Assembly (NCBI GenBank): GCA_000435615.1
Contig: FR881937.1
Span: 1 to 60,927, forward strand
Length of the DNA: 60,927 bases
Direction: 5' to 3'
DNA from: Firmicutes bacterium CAG:238
GTDB taxonomy: Bacteria > Bacillota > Clostridia > Peptostreptococcales > Anaerovoracaceae
Part shown: piece by piece, positions 38,395-47,620 of the stretch
Position numbering within the stretch: the stretch's first letter is position 1
Layout: the number at the start of each line of letters is the position of its first letter
The notes under the pieces: generated by a model
The model's input: the letters and a program-made list of their open reading frames with translations, nothing else
The model's database searches: none
What the model was told of the DNA's origin: nothing
Position numbers and translations under genes: made by a program

Positions 38395-39927
38395 ATGGCA
38401 GAAACCAAAAAGGCTGAACGTCTGCCTAATAAGTTTGAGGCTTGTTTACCGGTTCTCGTGCTGTTAGGCCTGATGGTAGCAAATTCCGTATTAGAGTGGG
38501 GAAATGACCCGCACTTATACGTATTGATGGCAGTTATTACCGTTGTGCTTGTTGCAAAACGCTGCGGCATATGCTATAAGGATATGTTAGCCGCAGGTTT
38601 CGACTCGCTTTTTCAGTCACTTGAAGCAATGTTCATTCTGTTATTCGTAGGATGCTTGGTTGGTACATTTGAATATGCCGGAACAATTCCTGCCCTTGTA
38701 TATTACGGATTGAAGTTATTCACGCCGGCTATTTTCTTACCGGCAGTATGCTTGCTTTGCGCAATCGTAGCGATGGCATTGGGTTCCGCTTATACAGTAA
38801 GTGCAACATTAGGTATTGCGTTCCTGACAATCGGTGCAACCATGGGTGTTAACCCGGCACTCATCTGCGGTGCGGTTCTCTCCGGTGCTTGCACAGGCGA
38901 CAAATTCTCCCCGTTATCCGATACAACAAACCTTGCGTCTGCATCTGCACAGACAGGATTATTTGACCACGTTAAGGCAATGATCGGAACCACATTCCCG
39001 ACATTCCTTATCGGTTTCTTAATCTTCTGCGGAATTTCATTTGCAGGTGAAACAGGTGCTTACGATCCGGAACTCGTAGACGGATTATCCAATGCAATCA
39101 AGGATCACTTCCAGTACATGAGCCCTGTTCTGTTAATCCCTGTACTTGTTATCCTTGCAGTTTCCGTATTACAGATATCTGCAATTCCTGGTATCCTGCT
39201 CGTTGTATTAACAGCCGGTATCTTCATGGTTATCTTCCAGGGTGCAGGCTTCCCTGAATTCATTTCAGCGGCACACTACGGTTACTCCGCAGAAACAGGC
39301 AACGAATTAGCTGACCAGTTACTTAACAGAGGTGGAATGGATTCCATGCTGTGGACCATCAACATGGCATTGATCGCAATCGGTTTCGGCGGCATGTATG
39401 CTAGAGCAGGCTGTGTTGAATCCTTATTAGGAAACCTCATCAAGGATATCAGAACACCGTTCCAGATGGCTGTTGCGGTTATCTGTACCGCAATGTTCAC
39501 AATCCTGACGATGTGCGACCAGTACTTAAGTTTAATCATTCCTGCAACCATGTACAAAGAAAAATTCGACGAACTCGGACTTTCCAGAAACATGTTGTCA
39601 AGATGTATGGAAGACGGCGGAACATTGTTCTCACCACTGGTTCCATGGTCAACTTGCGGTGTATACCACTCCGGCATGTTAGGTGTTCCTACATTATCAT
39701 ATTTACCGTACTGCTTCGTAAACATTTTGAACCCACTGATTTCCATGGGTACGGCAGCTATCGGCGGCAACATCCTGTATGCTGACGGTTCCAAGACCGG
39801 ATTCTTCGGCGGCAAGGTAAAGAAAGGCCACTTCGTTGCGGCGGCTCCGGAAGAAGCACACGAAATCGCTATGAAGGCTCTGGAAGCAAAGAGAGCAAGC
39901 GGCGAATACAAGCAGATTAGTGCTTAA
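38395..39927 (+). CDS. NhaC-family transporter (MleN/amino-acid type)
   Basis: AGTIPAL.YYG, GDKFSPLSDTTNLAS, RGGMDSM, LSRCMEDGGT..SPLVPW. Confidence 0.88.
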   Translation: MAETKKAERLPNKFEACLPVLVLLGLMVANSVLEWGNDPHLYVLMAVITVVLVAKRCGICYKDMLAAGFDSLFQSLEAMFILLFVGCLVGTFEYAGTIPALVYYGLKLFTPAIFLPAVCLLCAIVAMALGSAYTVSATLGIAFLTIGATMGVNPALICGAVLSGACTGDKFSPLSDTTNLASASAQTGLFDHVKAMIGTTFPTFLIGFLIFCGISFAGETGAYDPELVDGLSNAIKDHFQYMSPVLLIPVLVILAVSVLQISAIPGILLVVLTAGIFMVIFQGAGFPEFISAAHYGYSAETGNELADQLLNRGGMDSMLWTINMALIAIGFGGMYARAGCVESLLGNLIKDIRTPFQMAVAVICTAMFTILTMCDQYLSLIIPATMYKEKFDELGLSRNMLSRCMEDGGTLFSPLVPWSTCGVYHSGMLGVPTLSYLPYCFVNILNPLISMGTAAIGGNILYADGSKTGFFGGKVKKGHFVAAAPEEAHEIAMKALEAKRASGEYKQISA

Positions 39928-39970
39928 TTTCTTTTTGCACAGACATATTTGTAAGCAAAGGGGAGGCAGA

Positions 39971-40501
39971 ATGGTTTTTAAAGGAATTAATATGCGCGAA
40001 AGAAGCAAGCGAAAACGCATACTCATGTTTTTCGGCTGCCTTGGCATCACAGCTTTGGAAATTTGGCAGAAAAATTATTTTTTTGCCGTAGTGGCATTGA
40101 TTTTAGCATTCTTTTGTATAGGATACAACAAGGAACACGTGATTTCGGAAGAGGGCGTGGATATTCGATATGTTTTCTTGGGAATACCATACAACTATCG
40201 CTGGACCTGGGATCAGATTACGGCAATGCGTCCCGACTATAAAAAGGCCAAACCGAACATCATGATGGAAATCGCAAAGGATGTGTCCGTAAGAGCCTTT
40301 GTTTTTACCCCTGAAGATGCGGTTAAAGTTATGGAGTTCGCTCAAAGAATGAATCCGGAGGCGTATGTCGACAGTCGTACGGAAGCAGAAAGAGAAGCCT
40401 ACAAAGAAGAGCGCGACAGAATGATTGCCGAAAAACAAATGCAGATTCGCCGCCAGAAACAAGCCGAGAAAGCAAGAAAGAAAAAACACAAAAACAGATA
40501 A
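39971..40501 (+). CDS. Hypothetical membrane protein
   Basis: RBS GGGAGG; TM hairpin, beta-rich region and charged tail. Confidence 0.65.
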   Translation: MVFKGINMRERSKRKRILMFFGCLGITALEIWQKNYFFAVVALILAFFCIGYNKEHVISEEGVDIRYVFLGIPYNYRWTWDQITAMRPDYKKAKPNIMMEIAKDVSVRAFVFTPEDAVKVMEFAQRMNPEAYVDSRTEAEREAYKEERDRMIAEKQMQIRRQKQAEKARKKKHKNR

Positions 40502-40511
40502 ACCCAAAAAG

Positions 40512-40560
40512 AAAGCCGGTCATCCGCATGATTAATCAGCATTCGGAAACAACCGGCTTT
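40512..40560. terminator. Bidirectional terminator
   Basis: AAAGCCGGT...ACCGGCTTT between convergent genes. Confidence 0.65.
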
Positions 40561-40574
40561 TGTTGTACGTTTTG

Positions 40575-41099
40575 TTATTTTTCAAGTATGCCGCCTACGA
40601 GGAGGTAATATTCCGGTATACTGGTACCGTCAGACCACAGAATATCGAATCCGAAGCAGTCTTTAACCATCTTTACGGCAAGCATCCCGAGGGATTCAAG
40701 TGCGTAGCGCATCTTATCCGGATGAACGCAAGGGTGACCACTAAGGCGTGCACACTTTTTGCACAATGTGCATTCTTGTGCAGCAAGGGCTTTGCTGCCG
40801 GGGCAGACTTCCTCCATGGCGAGCATTTCTTCATCGTGGATTTTTTTCTCTGCAAAAAGACGGTCTTGCGCTTCCGCTACCGTTGAGGCGCCTTCGTTTG
40901 AAATGCGGTCGACGATGAAATGAAAGCGTGAAAACTGCAGCCAATAGTCTTTGGGATCGAAATTGAAGTCCGGGCACGCCCATGTTTCGCCAAAGCCCGG
41001 GCATTGCGAGCATTTGCGATAGGTTTCGTCGTAGTTGTAATATTTGTCAAGCATTTCGTCTACATCAAGATATGTTTCAAAGCGTTCTTTATAATACAT
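40575..41099 (-). CDS. DUF2284-family Cys-rich metal-binding protein
   Basis: CSQCPGFG..WACP, CTLCKKC......CVHPDKMRYALESLG; RBS AGGAGG. Confidence 0.8.
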   Translation of the reverse strand: MYYKERFETYLDVDEMLDKYYNYDETYRKCSQCPGFGETWACPDFNFDPKDYWLQFSRFHFIVDRISNEGASTVAEAQDRLFAEKKIHDEEMLAMEEVCPGSKALAAQECTLCKKCARLSGHPCVHPDKMRYALESLGMLAVKMVKDCFGFDILWSDGTSIPEYYLLVGGILEK

Positions 41100-41109
41100 T
41101 GGATGCCTC

Positions 41110-41319
41110 CTATTCTTTCGCATTGAAAAGTCTGAATTTTTTCCAAAATACGAGGCCCAAAGCCACCGCAGCGGCAGCAAACCGTATGGAAATGATGTAG
41201 AAGGTTGGGCAGTCCTCAACATACTTTGTAAGGGGGTAACTGAGTCCCCATAGAATTGCTGCAATAACAAGTCCGGTAAATGCTACGCCTTCAGACGGCC
41301 GATGTTTTTTACTTGTCAT
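41110..41319 (-). pseudogene. Truncated EamA/DMT transporter (first two TMs only)
   Basis: AILWGLSYPLTK and SIRFAAAA are EamA N-terminal motifs; only 69 aa, stop abuts the next gene's RBS. Confidence 0.7.
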
Positions 41320-43189
41320 TTTTTGAATCTCCTTTTAGTGCTATCAGTGCCAGCTGCACACCGACACCCTTCATCGAAAAGTTTATATGAAAATTGGTTC
41401 GTACATCCTCTTGATAAACATCAAGCTGAGGCGAAGTCGGAATCAGATCGTGCAAAACGCTCAATGTATCCGAGCCGTCAGAGAAGTTTAAAGAGGAAAA
41501 ATATGTGAAAATATCTGATGAACGGTTCATCGTATATTTCATTACGGAATAAATGCCCGGCGGCAGATTCAGGTTGAAGCTGAAGTCTATCTCGTCCTTG
41601 AATTCATTTAACACCGTTCGCACCTGGTGCAGCGACGAGTCCTTTTTGCAAAGGCTTTGGATGCTGTCGTTGTAATTATAGACAATTACAGCAAATGCTG
41701 CAGGCACCGTATCATTGATGCGAATGACACAATAGTGCTTACCCCAGCAGATAATGTCGCCATGCACAAAGGAGGCTGCCTGATATACATAGAAAGATGA
41801 CTTTTTGATTGCGTTTGATGTTACAAGCGACGGAAGACCCTTCAGAAGAGTTCCATCCTGCTCTCTGTCTCGCAGCCGAAGTGTCAGCCACGGGTCGGAT
41901 GAGCGCAAAAGCTGGCTCAACACATAAATCGGAGCTGCAATTGTATCGTTTCCGTAGGATATAAACGGCTGTGCATTGATTGTTACTGCTTGCTTCAGCA
42001 CAACCGAAAACCCGGCGGCAGTGAGCATCATGCGCAGTCGATCGACCTCCGTGGAAGAGTCCGTGGGATAAAACAAAAGGGTTACCCTGGACGGATGCAG
42101 ACAGTCCAGTATATGAAAAAGATTAAATTTCATCTCCCGAAAATCTTCCAGGGTGATTTGAATGTTTAATTTATAGTCAATGAAGGTAATGGGTTTGCCG
42201 CTTCTGTCGACATTTATCTCCAGCTTCAGGCTGTTCACCACGGAAGAACTGTTCTTCTGTGAGTTCAAAGAAGACAAAGTAGACTTAATCAAATATGTGG
42301 CTTTGTTGGCAGAAATCGGGGTAATGATTTCGGGACGCAGTTCGCTCTTGACCATAGGCTTGAAATGTGCACGGTGCTCTTCCGGCGTCCGCTTAAACCA
42401 TTTATAAAAATATTTTTCGTAATACGCAGTGGTTGAAAATCCGACATCTCTGGCAATCTGGCTGATTTTCTTGTTTGTGTCAAGCAGCTGAATTTCCGAC
42501 CATTCCACGCGTGCAAAGCACAGAAATTCACGGAAATTCATGCCGGTGCAGTCTTTGATGATATGCGAAATGTAAAATTCGCTGAGGTGTTCCATCGACG
42601 CCAAATCTTCCAGCGTGATTTTTTCGGCATAATACTGATAAATATATGTAATAATTCGGCTGATGCGCTCGGTTGTGGTTTGGTCACCGTTTTCAAAATT
42701 GATGACAACATCGTTTTCAAACGCAAATAGATTGAAGTACTTGTCCAAATACTTGATGATGTCAACGATGAGATAAGTACACTCGCTTTTGTAGTTGAAA
42801 CTCTTAATCTCGTATGCGAGCAGGATCTGCAGAAGCTTTTCGCGCAGATTGTCGTGCCGCTTCGTCGTCGGCTTGTTGGAATAGGTACGATAGCAGGCTT
42901 TGCTGAGCGACGGAAAATACTGCGAAAAATAATGCGTGCTGATCTGAATCAGTGCAACGATATTTTCTTTGCCGGTTGAGGTCAGGCTGTGTACTTCATG
43001 ACCTGCATTGGTAAAAATATCGCCTTCCTTCAATGTGTAATGGCAGTACCCGTTTTTCAGTGTCACTTCTCCTTTCAGGACATAGACAAACTCAATATCC
43101 TGATGGTAGTGCAGCGGATACTCTTCTATTGACGCAATCGTAATATTGATCGGGAAATCATCCTGATAAGTAATTTTTTCAAATAACAT
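41309..43189 (-). CDS. Large AraC-family regulator (cupin + HTH + degenerate GH39-like C-terminal domain)
   Basis: PLHYHQDIEF cupin; HLSEFYISH...ISQIARDVGFS HTH; LVTSNAIKKSSFYVY resembles GH39 C-termini. Confidence 0.85.
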   Translation of the reverse strand: MLFEKITYQDDFPINITIASIEEYPLHYHQDIEFVYVLKGEVTLKNGYCHYTLKEGDIFTNAGHEVHSLTSTGKENIVALIQISTHYFSQYFPSLSKACYRTYSNKPTTKRHDNLREKLLQILLAYEIKSFNYKSECTYLIVDIIKYLDKYFNLFAFENDVVINFENGDQTTTERISRIITYIYQYYAEKITLEDLASMEHLSEFYISHIIKDCTGMNFREFLCFARVEWSEIQLLDTNKKISQIARDVGFSTTAYYEKYFYKWFKRTPEEHRAHFKPMVKSELRPEIITPISANKATYLIKSTLSSLNSQKNSSSVVNSLKLEINVDRSGKPITFIDYKLNIQITLEDFREMKFNLFHILDCLHPSRVTLLFYPTDSSTEVDRLRMMLTAAGFSVVLKQAVTINAQPFISYGNDTIAAPIYVLSQLLRSSDPWLTLRLRDREQDGTLLKGLPSLVTSNAIKKSSFYVYQAASFVHGDIICWGKHYCVIRINDTVPAAFAVIVYNYNDSIQSLCKKDSSLHQVRTVLNEFKDEIDFSFNLNLPPGIYSVMKYTMNRSSDIFTYFSSLNFSDGSDTLSVLHDLIPTSPQLDVYQEDVRTNFHINFSMKGVGVQLALIALKGDSKNDK

Positions 43190-43438
43190 GCTGATACCTA
43201 CCTTGCAATATTCACAACAATATCATCCCATAGAAAAATTATATAATGAAACCCACCCCAAAAGTAATAAGAATAATTAGATTTTATAGCAAAATAATTA
43301 TATTTTCAGACAATGTAATAGTTGTAATTAACTTTGCGGGACATTAAAATATGGTGTAAGAGTAAAAGTTCAATATGGGACAGCCTGCGGGAATGCAGGA
43401 CGAATTCAAAATACAAAGGAAAATCAGGAGGTATAATC

Positions 43439-44188
43439 ATGAGTAATGCAAGAGTATGTGTAATCACGGGAGCATCCGGCGGTATCGGTACGGAAGTTGT
43501 AAAAAAATATTACAATAACGGCTATGATGTAGTCATGCTCGACATTAACGAAGACACACTTAAGAAATTGATGGAGAAGGAAAACCTGGATCCTACAAGA
43601 GTTATCTATAAGGTACTAGATGTTTCCAGTGAACAGCAGGTAATCGATACAATCGCTGCAATCAAAGAAGAAAAAGGTAAGATTGACGTTCTGGTAAATA
43701 CTGCGGGAATCATAGGAAAATATGATGAAACGATTGATTACAGCTTTGAAATATTCAGAAAAATTTATGAAATCAATGTATTTGGTACTTTCCTTATGAT
43801 GAAGTACACCCTCCCTATCATGCTTGAACAGGGAAAAGGTGCAATCGTAAACTTCGGTTCCTGCTCCGGCATGACGGGATACACTTCCGAAATCGGATAC
43901 GGCTCCAGCAAATGGGCGGTTATCGGCATGACGAAGAATGTTGCAAATGAATATGCACGCCGCGGCATTCGAGCAAATTCCATTTCTCCGGGATGGGTTA
44001 ATACGGATATGCTCAAACAGTCACTTGAGGAATATAAGGAAACAGGTGACACTGTGAACTTCGGATGCATCGGTCGTCCGGGTGAACCAAGCGAAATGGC
44101 AGATGCTGTTTATTATCTCAGCTCTGACGAAGCGTCCTTCGTAAACGGAATCAACCTTCTCGTAGACGGCGGTAAGATGCTCGACTAA
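43439..44188 (+). CDS. Short-chain dehydrogenase/reductase (probably NAD-dependent)
   Basis: TGASGGIG, LDIN, NTAG, YGSSK, PGWVNT, LLVDGG. Confidence 0.92.
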   Translation: MSNARVCVITGASGGIGTEVVKKYYNNGYDVVMLDINEDTLKKLMEKENLDPTRVIYKVLDVSSEQQVIDTIAAIKEEKGKIDVLVNTAGIIGKYDETIDYSFEIFRKIYEINVFGTFLMMKYTLPIMLEQGKGAIVNFGSCSGMTGYTSEIGYGSSKWAVIGMTKNVANEYARRGIRANSISPGWVNTDMLKQSLEEYKETGDTVNFGCIGRPGEPSEMADAVYYLSSDEASFVNGINLLVDGGKMLD

Positions 44189-44219
44189 TTCAATGTTTAA
44201 ATAATAGGGGGAAAACGAA

Positions 44220-46595
44220 ATGTTAAATGAAAGACTGCAAAAAATGAGAACGAAACTGTGGAACTCCAGACCTTGCATCACAGCGGAGAGACTTGTTTTG
44301 GCAACAGAAGCATATCAGAAATTTGCGGGGGACGCAATTCCGATCTTCCGCGCGGAAGTTGTAAAATACATCATGGAGCACATGACGACTTTGATCATGG
44401 AAGATGAACTCATCGTCGGCACTCCAACCAATAAATACAGAGGCGCAAACCTTCATCCGGAATTCCAATCCAGCTCCTGGTATATCAGCGATATCGATGA
44501 TTTTCCGGTAAGAACGAAGGATCCGTATGACATCTCGCCGGAAGACAGAGAACTGATTCTCAAAACACTCCCGTATTGGGAAGGCAAGTCCATGGAAGAT
44601 ATGTCCAAGACTGCGCTTCCGCCGCATACGGAAGAATGCATCCGGGACGATATTATTACGGTCGGTCTCAGAAACGGTGTTTCCGGTGAAACAACCTGCG
44701 ACCACGAAAAAATCCTTACGGTAGGTCTTAAGGGCTATATGGATGAATGCCGCGAGAACATTGCAAAAACTCCGGGAACAAGCAAGGAAGACCAGGAAAA
44801 GATTAATTACTGGAAGGCATGCATCATCCAGTGCGAAGGTCTGATTATCTATGCACACAGAATGGCAGAAGAAGCAGAAAGACAGGCTGCTTGCTGCACA
44901 GACGAAAAGCGTAAGAAAGAACTCCTTACAATTGCCGAAAACTGCAGAGTTGTTCCGGAACTTCCGCCGCAGAGTTTCCAGCAGGCATTACAGTCTATCT
45001 GGTTCGTACATGTATATTTCCACATCGAAGTATGTACAACCGCTAACGGTTTCGGAAGATTCGACCAGTACATGTGGCCTTATTACAAGAAAGATGTAAT
45101 CGACGAAAAGAACATCACGCAGGATGAGGCACTTGAAATGCTCGAATGCTTCTACCTTAAGGCATGCGAGGTATTTGAAGTAAGAGATAAATGGTATGCG
45201 ACATCCTTCGCAGGCTACCCGATGTGGGAAATCCTCATCGTCGGCGGACAGACCCGTGACGGCAAAGACGCTACAAACGAGTTATCCTACCTCTGCCTGG
45301 AAGCTGCAAACCAGCTCAAAACAACGCAGCCGGTAATGGCAGTCAGAGTTTGGGATGGAACTCCGGAAGAACTTGTACGCAAGGGCTGCAAGATGATTCA
45401 GGAAGGACAGGCAAATCCGGGCTTCTTTAATGACTATGCAGCTATGCAGATGACGCAGGGCAAGGGCTGTACGATTGAAGAGGCAAGAGACTGGACAATC
45501 GTTGGCTGCATCCAGCCGGGACCGGGAGGCGGAACGACAGACGGTTCCCCTGACGCAGGTTATGTCAACATGGGCAAAATGCTCGAATTCGTTCTCCACA
45601 ACGGTGTTGATCCGTCAACAGGTAAGCTTATGGGACTTCAGACAGGAGACCCGAGAGACTTCAAGAACATCGAAGAGTTTAAAGATGCGTTAAAGAAACA
45701 GATCCTTCATCACTACAAACTTGTAACCGAAGGCTATAAGATTATGCAGAGCATGCATATGCTCAGATTCCCGGTTATCTTCGCATCCATGGTTACGAAG
45801 GGCTGTGTGGAAAGCGGCAGATCCGTTCAGGAGGGCGGTGCAAAGTACAGCACTGCGGGCCTTTACATCACAGGTGCAGCCAATATGGCAGACTCAATTG
45901 AAGCAATTCAGAAGTGCGTATTCGAAGATAAGGACATCACAATGGATGAACTCATCAAAGCACTTGATAATAATTTTGAAGGCGAAGAACGTATGCGCCA
46001 GCTTCTTTTGAACAAACCTGAAAAATTCGGAAACGACAAAGCTCATGTAGACGGAATTTACAGAGAAATGATGCACTTCATCGCAGACAATGTTCAGACA
46101 TGGCCGGACGCAAGAGGCGGCTGGTTCTCGTTCAATGTTCACTCACAGACCGTAAACGTATCACACGGTGCGGTATGCGGTGCAACGCCTGACGGAAGAC
46201 TTGCAGGAGAACCTTTCTGCGATAACGCTTCACCAATGATGGGACGCGATAAGAGTGGTCCTACCGCAACGGTTAAGTCCGTAGCATCCATGGGACAGGA
46301 AGCATTCCACGACGGTGCATTGTTCAACCTTCGTTTCGACCCGAAGGGCGTTGAAGGCGAAAAAGGTCTGGAAAGCATTGAAGGCGTAATCAGAACCTAT
46401 TTCGACCACGGCGGCGAACACATTCAGATCAACGTTGTTGATACAGAAACACTCAAGGATGCACAGAAACATCCTGAAAACTATAAAGGGCTGATGGTTC
46501 GTGTAGCAGGCTACATGGCTTACTTCACCGAGCTCGACAAGAGTGCTCAGGATACCATTATCTACAGAACCGCACACTTCGAAAAGGCTGAATAG
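44220..46595 (+). CDS. Glycyl radical enzyme of unknown substrate
   Basis: 791 aa PFL2-like; GRFDQY, Cys loop GCIQP (45504-45518), ATPDGR, HIQINV, glycyl loop LMVRVAGY. Confidence 0.93.
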   Translation: MLNERLQKMRTKLWNSRPCITAERLVLATEAYQKFAGDAIPIFRAEVVKYIMEHMTTLIMEDELIVGTPTNKYRGANLHPEFQSSSWYISDIDDFPVRTKDPYDISPEDRELILKTLPYWEGKSMEDMSKTALPPHTEECIRDDIITVGLRNGVSGETTCDHEKILTVGLKGYMDECRENIAKTPGTSKEDQEKINYWKACIIQCEGLIIYAHRMAEEAERQAACCTDEKRKKELLTIAENCRVVPELPPQSFQQALQSIWFVHVYFHIEVCTTANGFGRFDQYMWPYYKKDVIDEKNITQDEALEMLECFYLKACEVFEVRDKWYATSFAGYPMWEILIVGGQTRDGKDATNELSYLCLEAANQLKTTQPVMAVRVWDGTPEELVRKGCKMIQEGQANPGFFNDYAAMQMTQGKGCTIEEARDWTIVGCIQPGPGGGTTDGSPDAGYVNMGKMLEFVLHNGVDPSTGKLMGLQTGDPRDFKNIEEFKDALKKQILHHYKLVTEGYKIMQSMHMLRFPVIFASMVTKGCVESGRSVQEGGAKYSTAGLYITGAANMADSIEAIQKCVFEDKDITMDELIKALDNNFEGEERMRQLLLNKPEKFGNDKAHVDGIYREMMHFIADNVQTWPDARGGWFSFNVHSQTVNVSHGAVCGATPDGRLAGEPFCDNASPMMGRDKSGPTATVKSVASMGQEAFHDGALFNLRFDPKGVEGEKGLESIEGVIRTYFDHGGEHIQINVVDTETLKDAQKHPENYKGLMVRVAGYMAYFTELDKSAQDTIIYRTAHFEKAE

Positions 46596-46605
46596 GGAGA
46601 CCGTG

Positions 46606-47544
46606 ATGGAAAATAACACACGCAAGGCACTCGTGGGAGCGATACAGAAGTTCAGCACGGAGGACGGTCCGGGCATCAGAGCGACTGTGTTCCTCAAGGG
46701 CTGCCCGCTAAGCTGCAGATGGTGTCATAACCCCGAGCTTATCAGCTTCAAACAACAAATTATCGAAATGCCGAACAGCTGCATTAAATGCGGGTACTGC
46801 CTTACGCACTGCCCGCAGAATGCAATCTTTGTCGGTGAAGAAGATCAAAGAATACATGTGGACCGCGCGCTTTGCGATTGTTGTCTTGCTTGTACGAAAT
46901 TCTGCTATGCCGAAGCACTGAAGGCCGTAGCAAAGGAAATGACCGCAGAAGAGATTATGGCAGAAGTTCTGCAGGACAAAGGCTTTTATGAGCATACGGG
47001 CGGCGGAATGACTATCAGCGGAGGCGAAATGCTTTCGCAGGCGGATTTTGCCGAAGAACTTATAGAACTGGCACGCAAAAACGGTGTGCATGTGTGTCTT
47101 GACACATCGGGTTTCGGAGACGGCGACCGACTCATGAAACTTGCGGAATATGAAAACATCACCAACATTCTGTATGACATGAAGGCAATCGATAATGATG
47201 TTCATAAGGAATATGTGGGACAGAGCAACGAAGTGATTCTCGAAAATTTGAAAAGACTCGCGAACAATCCCGTTACGAATTCAAAAATCCAAATGAGAAT
47301 GCCTCTTATGCACGATGTAAATGACAAATGGGATATTATAGAGAAGACCGCAGAATTTTACAAAGAAAACGGAATCACGCATTTAACGCTCCTGCCTTAT
47401 CATAATTTGGGTTTTGCAAAGAAGAGAAACCTCGGACAGAAGCCTGTGGATTTCGTAACACCTTCCGATGATTACGTAGATAAGATAAAAAAATTTTTTG
47501 AGGAAGAAGCGGGAATGCTGGTAGAGGTTTTGGGAAAAACATAA
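46606..47544 (+). CDS. Glycyl radical activating enzyme (radical SAM with ferredoxin insert)
   Basis: DGPGIR..VFLKGCPLSCRWCHNPE, two extra CxxCxxCxxxC, SGGE, DTSG, LLPYH. Confidence 0.95.
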   Translation: MENNTRKALVGAIQKFSTEDGPGIRATVFLKGCPLSCRWCHNPELISFKQQIIEMPNSCIKCGYCLTHCPQNAIFVGEEDQRIHVDRALCDCCLACTKFCYAEALKAVAKEMTAEEIMAEVLQDKGFYEHTGGGMTISGGEMLSQADFAEELIELARKNGVHVCLDTSGFGDGDRLMKLAEYENITNILYDMKAIDNDVHKEYVGQSNEVILENLKRLANNPVTNSKIQMRMPLMHDVNDKWDIIEKTAEFYKENGITHLTLLPYHNLGFAKKRNLGQKPVDFVTPSDDYVDKIKKFFEEEAGMLVEVLGKT

Positions 47545-47557
47545 TAAATGCTTTTAG

Positions 47558-47620
47558 AAAACAATGAAGCTCGGCGACATTGGACATCAACCGGTCCTTT
47601 GCACCGAGCTTTGTTGTTTT
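47558..47620. terminator. Bidirectional terminator
   Basis: AAAACAATGAAGCTCGG...CCGAGCTTTGTTGTTTT. Confidence 0.7.

Noticed and set aside
44220..46595. Calling the GRE pflB, cutC, hypD or a diol dehydratase
   Set aside because: Lacks the CC of PFL and the C-x-E of the eliminases, and none of their usual neighbour genes are present
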